Assembly (NCBI RefSeq): GCF_030013595.1
Contig: NZ_CP122769.1
Reading direction: 5' to 3' (one strand)
From: Escherichia coli
GTDB lineage: Bacteria; Pseudomonadota; Gammaproteobacteria; Enterobacterales; Enterobacteriaceae
Length of the DNA stretch: 64,000 bases
Shown: piece by piece, positions 61,375 through 64,000 of the stretch
Numbering within the stretch: position 1 is the stretch's first letter
Layout: every line of letters begins with the position of its first letter
Notes under the pieces: generated by a model
Seen by the model: only the letters and a program-made list of their open reading frames with translations
Databases searched by the model: none
Told to the model about the DNA's origin: nothing
Program-made: the position numbers and the translations under genes

Positions 61375-62301
61375 ATGGTTTACGAAAATGAATTGTGGCA
61401 CAGTTTTCTTCTGCGTTCACAGATAATGTATAACTTATCCAATTGCAGGAACATAATATCAAAGCATGGCGCACTAAGGTACGATGCCTTTCCTCGTTTC
61501 GAACTGATTGATATGTACAAATTGCATAGCTTGCAGGATATATATGACATTCTTGCCACTAGAAATGGTTATATACTAACTTCCAATATAGTGTCGTTAT
61601 CTTCTGGTGTTTACGGGTATTTTAACGCTGTTGAAGATGCCTGTCGGAAAAATTTTCACATAACTAATTCATATCCATTGGTAAACATCTCAAACATTCG
61701 TTACTGTCACAAATGTATTGTTGAAGATATACACTCTAAAGGCATTGGTTATCTGCGTCATAGATGGTTGTTTGAATCTAAATGTGCAGTTCATAGTACC
61801 AGTTTATATGAGGTTTGTTTTGATAACTATTTGAATGCAGTGAAAGGACTTAGTGACTTAATTATAAGTGGAATAAATCCTCATGGTTATTGTTCCCTTG
61901 TGGTTGACGTTTCAAACCCTTTCAAAAATCCAGTGTATATATTACCATGTGCACGTAATAAAATTTTAAAATGGATTTCGGACAATAAAAATATGCTGAT
62001 TTACTTTCTCTTTGATCTCTTCAAATGTAAGTCGCATTCAAGTTTATCTAAGGTTATCGAAGTCAAGATAATGCATGATAGATATATTTCTGCGGTGTTC
62101 AAGATGTTAAGTGAAGTTAATTTTTGTAATTTCAACTCATTTATTTCTGATATTTTTGAGGACGTAAGTTATGCCTCTATCGGACTTGATGATTATTCTG
62201 TTAATGTGCATTTTCTCAGGCTAAGGGCTGCAGATTGTAAATTTTGCCAGTTGAATGGTAAATATTTTTGCTCACTTTACAATGTAAAATTTCTTCGCTA
62301 A
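61375..62301 (+). CDS. second TniQ-like protein (308 aa) in the position normally held by TnsE
   Basis: Repeats the TniQ-type pattern CHKCIVEDIHSKGIGYLRHRWLFESKCAVHS; too short and dissimilar to be Tn7 TnsE. Confidence 0.45.
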   Translation: MVYENELWHSFLLRSQIMYNLSNCRNIISKHGALRYDAFPRFELIDMYKLHSLQDIYDILATRNGYILTSNIVSLSSGVYGYFNAVEDACRKNFHITNSYPLVNISNIRYCHKCIVEDIHSKGIGYLRHRWLFESKCAVHSTSLYEVCFDNYLNAVKGLSDLIISGINPHGYCSLVVDVSNPFKNPVYILPCARNKILKWISDNKNMLIYFLFDLFKCKSHSSLSKVIEVKIMHDRYISAVFKMLSEVNFCNFNSFISDIFEDVSYASIGLDDYSVNVHFLRLRAADCKFCQLNGKYFCSLYNVKFLR

Positions 62302-62653
62302 TTTCACTTCATTTATAAAATACTAAGAAAGCTAGTTAGATAAGGTTTTATATTTTGACTGGGGCAGGAATAAATTATCACTCATAGAGTTTCCCTGGGG
62401 GTTACCACCTGTGTATGATGCCGGTTAGCAACAACGTCTAAAAGACCTGCGATCACGTGGGTCCCTCTCCAGCAAAGGGGCAAGGGGTGCTATATAACGG
62501 TGTACTGCTTACCCAATACGGCCTTGTATTTGAAAGATGCCGCATCTTGGCAGGATTCGTATTACAGCCTATAGTCTGTTAATGAGCATTACAGCCTATA
62601 TGCTGTAAATCCCTGCGTTATGCTTGTTAACTCGTCGATACGGAAGGTCACTT

Positions 62654-62953
62654 ATGAACACTCAATACGCTTTGAAGACTTTGAATCAGTTACGTCCTGT
62701 TTTAATCGGCTTTCGCAAAGCCAATGGACTGACGCAAAAAGATGTTTCTGAACGTTTGGGTATAACACAGCAAACTTATGCCCGACTAGAGGCCAACCCT
62801 GCAAGTGCGGGTTTTGAGCGTTTGTTTAGGGTGTTCAGCGTCCTTGGAGTGGAGATCGTACTTTCATCCAGGGAACCATTGTCAGATGCAAAGCCCGAAT
62901 ACGGAGCTATGCACAATTATTCTTCACTTCCAGCCAGGCGGGAGAAATGGTGA
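62654..62953 (+). CDS. hipB: orphan HipB-like HTH protein inside the Tn7-like element
   Basis: About 80-85% identical by eye to the HipB at 48990-49286 (LNQLRPVLIGFRKANGLTQKDVSERLGITQQTYARLEANPAS); upstream palindromes ACAGCCTATAGTCTGT / ACAGCCTATATGCTGT; no hipA follows. Confidence 0.7.
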   Translation: MNTQYALKTLNQLRPVLIGFRKANGLTQKDVSERLGITQQTYARLEANPASAGFERLFRVFSVLGVEIVLSSREPLSDAKPEYGAMHNYSSLPARREKW

Positions 62954-63516
62954 CGCCTGGCGCTTCCCGGTCTAATTTTTCTTCAACAAGATTAACCCCT
63001 TAGCGGCCTGAAGTATCAGGTTGCGATAGAGCCTTTCATTTCTTCTGTTATGTTAAATACACCATTTTGAGCTATTTCGCTCGGCCTTAAATTATCTCTT
63101 CATTCTTCAGTGAAAATTTTATGTCGATCACATTATCGATGAATTTAGGAAATAATCCGTAAATGAAAATCTATCTTCTTTTAAATTCATCAGTGTCAGT
63201 AGCAAATATTACGCATAAAAGAATGGTTATTATTATCATTTAAATTATAAAGCTCATGAGTCAATTCCAAAAAATATAATAAGCATTGAAATCATTACCC
63301 GTGATTCTGGAGTTTTAACTTTGCCATGTAACCAACCACAAGTTAGTTTCCGGTGTTTTGAGGGGCAGTAAAGTTCTGAAAGCGCGACCAGATCATAATC
63401 CCGAAATGTCGTTAAGATATTCTGAATAACGGTTATCCCTGCTTGTTGGCAGGCATTTGAAAATATATTTTGTATTCAGGTTGCAGCAAAACGCTTTCTT
63501 ACACACAGGACTTCAT

Positions 63517-64000
63517 ATGCGGCTCAGAAAATTAAAACTGAAAAACTTCAGAGGCTACAGAAACTCTACTGAAATCATTATTGATGAAAGCATGACGGGT
63601 ATTGTCGGTCGTAATGACTTTGGGAAATCAACGCTTCTGGAAGCGCTGGCTATTTTTTTTGAAACAGAAGGAATGAAGGCTGACAAGAATGACATGAACT
63701 GTTTCAGCCTAAGAGAAGGGGACGGCCGTTTTGAAATAGCCTGTGAATTTGATGACCTGCCCGATTTTATCATGATCGACGACAGGGTGCAGACCACGCT
63801 CGCCTCAGAACATCTGCTGAATGAGGACGGCAATTTTGAAATCGTCAAAACGTTTAAAGCAACGACCTCAGGAAAACCGGAGCAGACCTGCATCCGCTGC
63901 ATCCACCCGGATGAGGAGCCCCTGAGAAATTTACTGGGCATGAAAATTTCTGAGCTCAAGGCGGTGGGAAAAGAAGTTGAAAAAAATGTGGCGGATAAAC
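63517..64000 (+). CDS. OLD/ABC-type (AAA_15/21-like) ATPase, N-terminal 161 codons; 3' end outside window
   Basis: ATG with RBS CAGGA; N-terminus MRLRKLKLKNFRGYRN...GIVGRNDFGKSTLLEAL (Walker A) typical of OLD-family/defence-associated ATPases; no stop before window end. Confidence 0.65.
   Translation, partial: MRLRKLKLKNFRGYRNSTEIIIDESMTGIVGRNDFGKSTLLEALAIFFETEGMKADKNDMNCFSLREGDGRFEIACEFDDLPDFIMIDDRVQTTLASEHLLNEDGNFEIVKTFKATTSGKPEQTCIRCIHPDEEPLRNLLGMKISELKAVGKEVEKNVADK

Larger units (their letters stand above)
55208..64000 (+). mobile_element. Tn7-like transposon, tnsA-proximal end inside window, element continues past window end
   Basis: Terminal TGTCCGAGGACAATAAAGTTGTACAC resembles Tn7 right end TGTGGGCGGACAATAAAGTCTTAAAC, followed by tnsA, tnsB, tnsC and TniQ-family genes all reading inward; other end not found in window. 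Confidence 0.7.

Noticed and set aside
63555-63959. 134-aa minus-strand ORF near window end
   Set aside because: It lies antisense to the plus-strand ATPase frame, which has a proper RBS and a Walker A motif; shadow ORF.

Overview
This 64-kb window is a compositional mosaic that most likely comes from a large enterobacterial conjugative plasmid or a ter-bearing genomic island (inference from gene content only; no database search was possible). It has four blocks. (1) 1-22.9 kb: an AT-rich array of about 25 co-directional plus-strand genes, mostly orphans, separated by conserved intergenic stem-loops. It contains the 3' part of a UvrD-like helicase, a MoxR/CobS-like AAA+ ATPase, a CobT-like vWA protein with an HExxH motif and acidic repeats, a Toprim primase-like protein and tandem ~315-aa genes, one of them split by an IS21-family element (istA/istB). 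The block ends at a tyrosine recombinase (22981-24171). (2) 26.1-46.1 kb: a complete tellurite-resistance / phage-inhibition (ter) locus. On the minus strand are a Ser/Thr kinase, a PP2C phosphatase, three TerY-like vWA proteins, TerX, TerW and a six-gene putative biosynthetic operon (ATP-grasp, PRTase, HAD, PRTase-like, HpcH-type aldolase, DUF4236-like). On the plus strand is terZABCDEF. (3) 46.1-54.7 kb: small orphan genes, a hipBA toxin-antitoxin pair with palindromic operators, an HNH endonuclease, an IS1 copy and a two-gene orphan module. (4) 55.2 kb to the window end: a Tn7-like transposon (tnsA, tnsB, tnsC and two TniQ-family genes) whose cargo includes an orphan hipB paralogue and the start of an OLD/ABC-type ATPase. 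The best candidates for undescribed biology are the hairpin-punctuated orphan array with its MoxR/vWA pair and diversified paralogues, the kinase/phosphatase/vWA and biosynthetic modules fused to ter, and the Tn7-like cargo.
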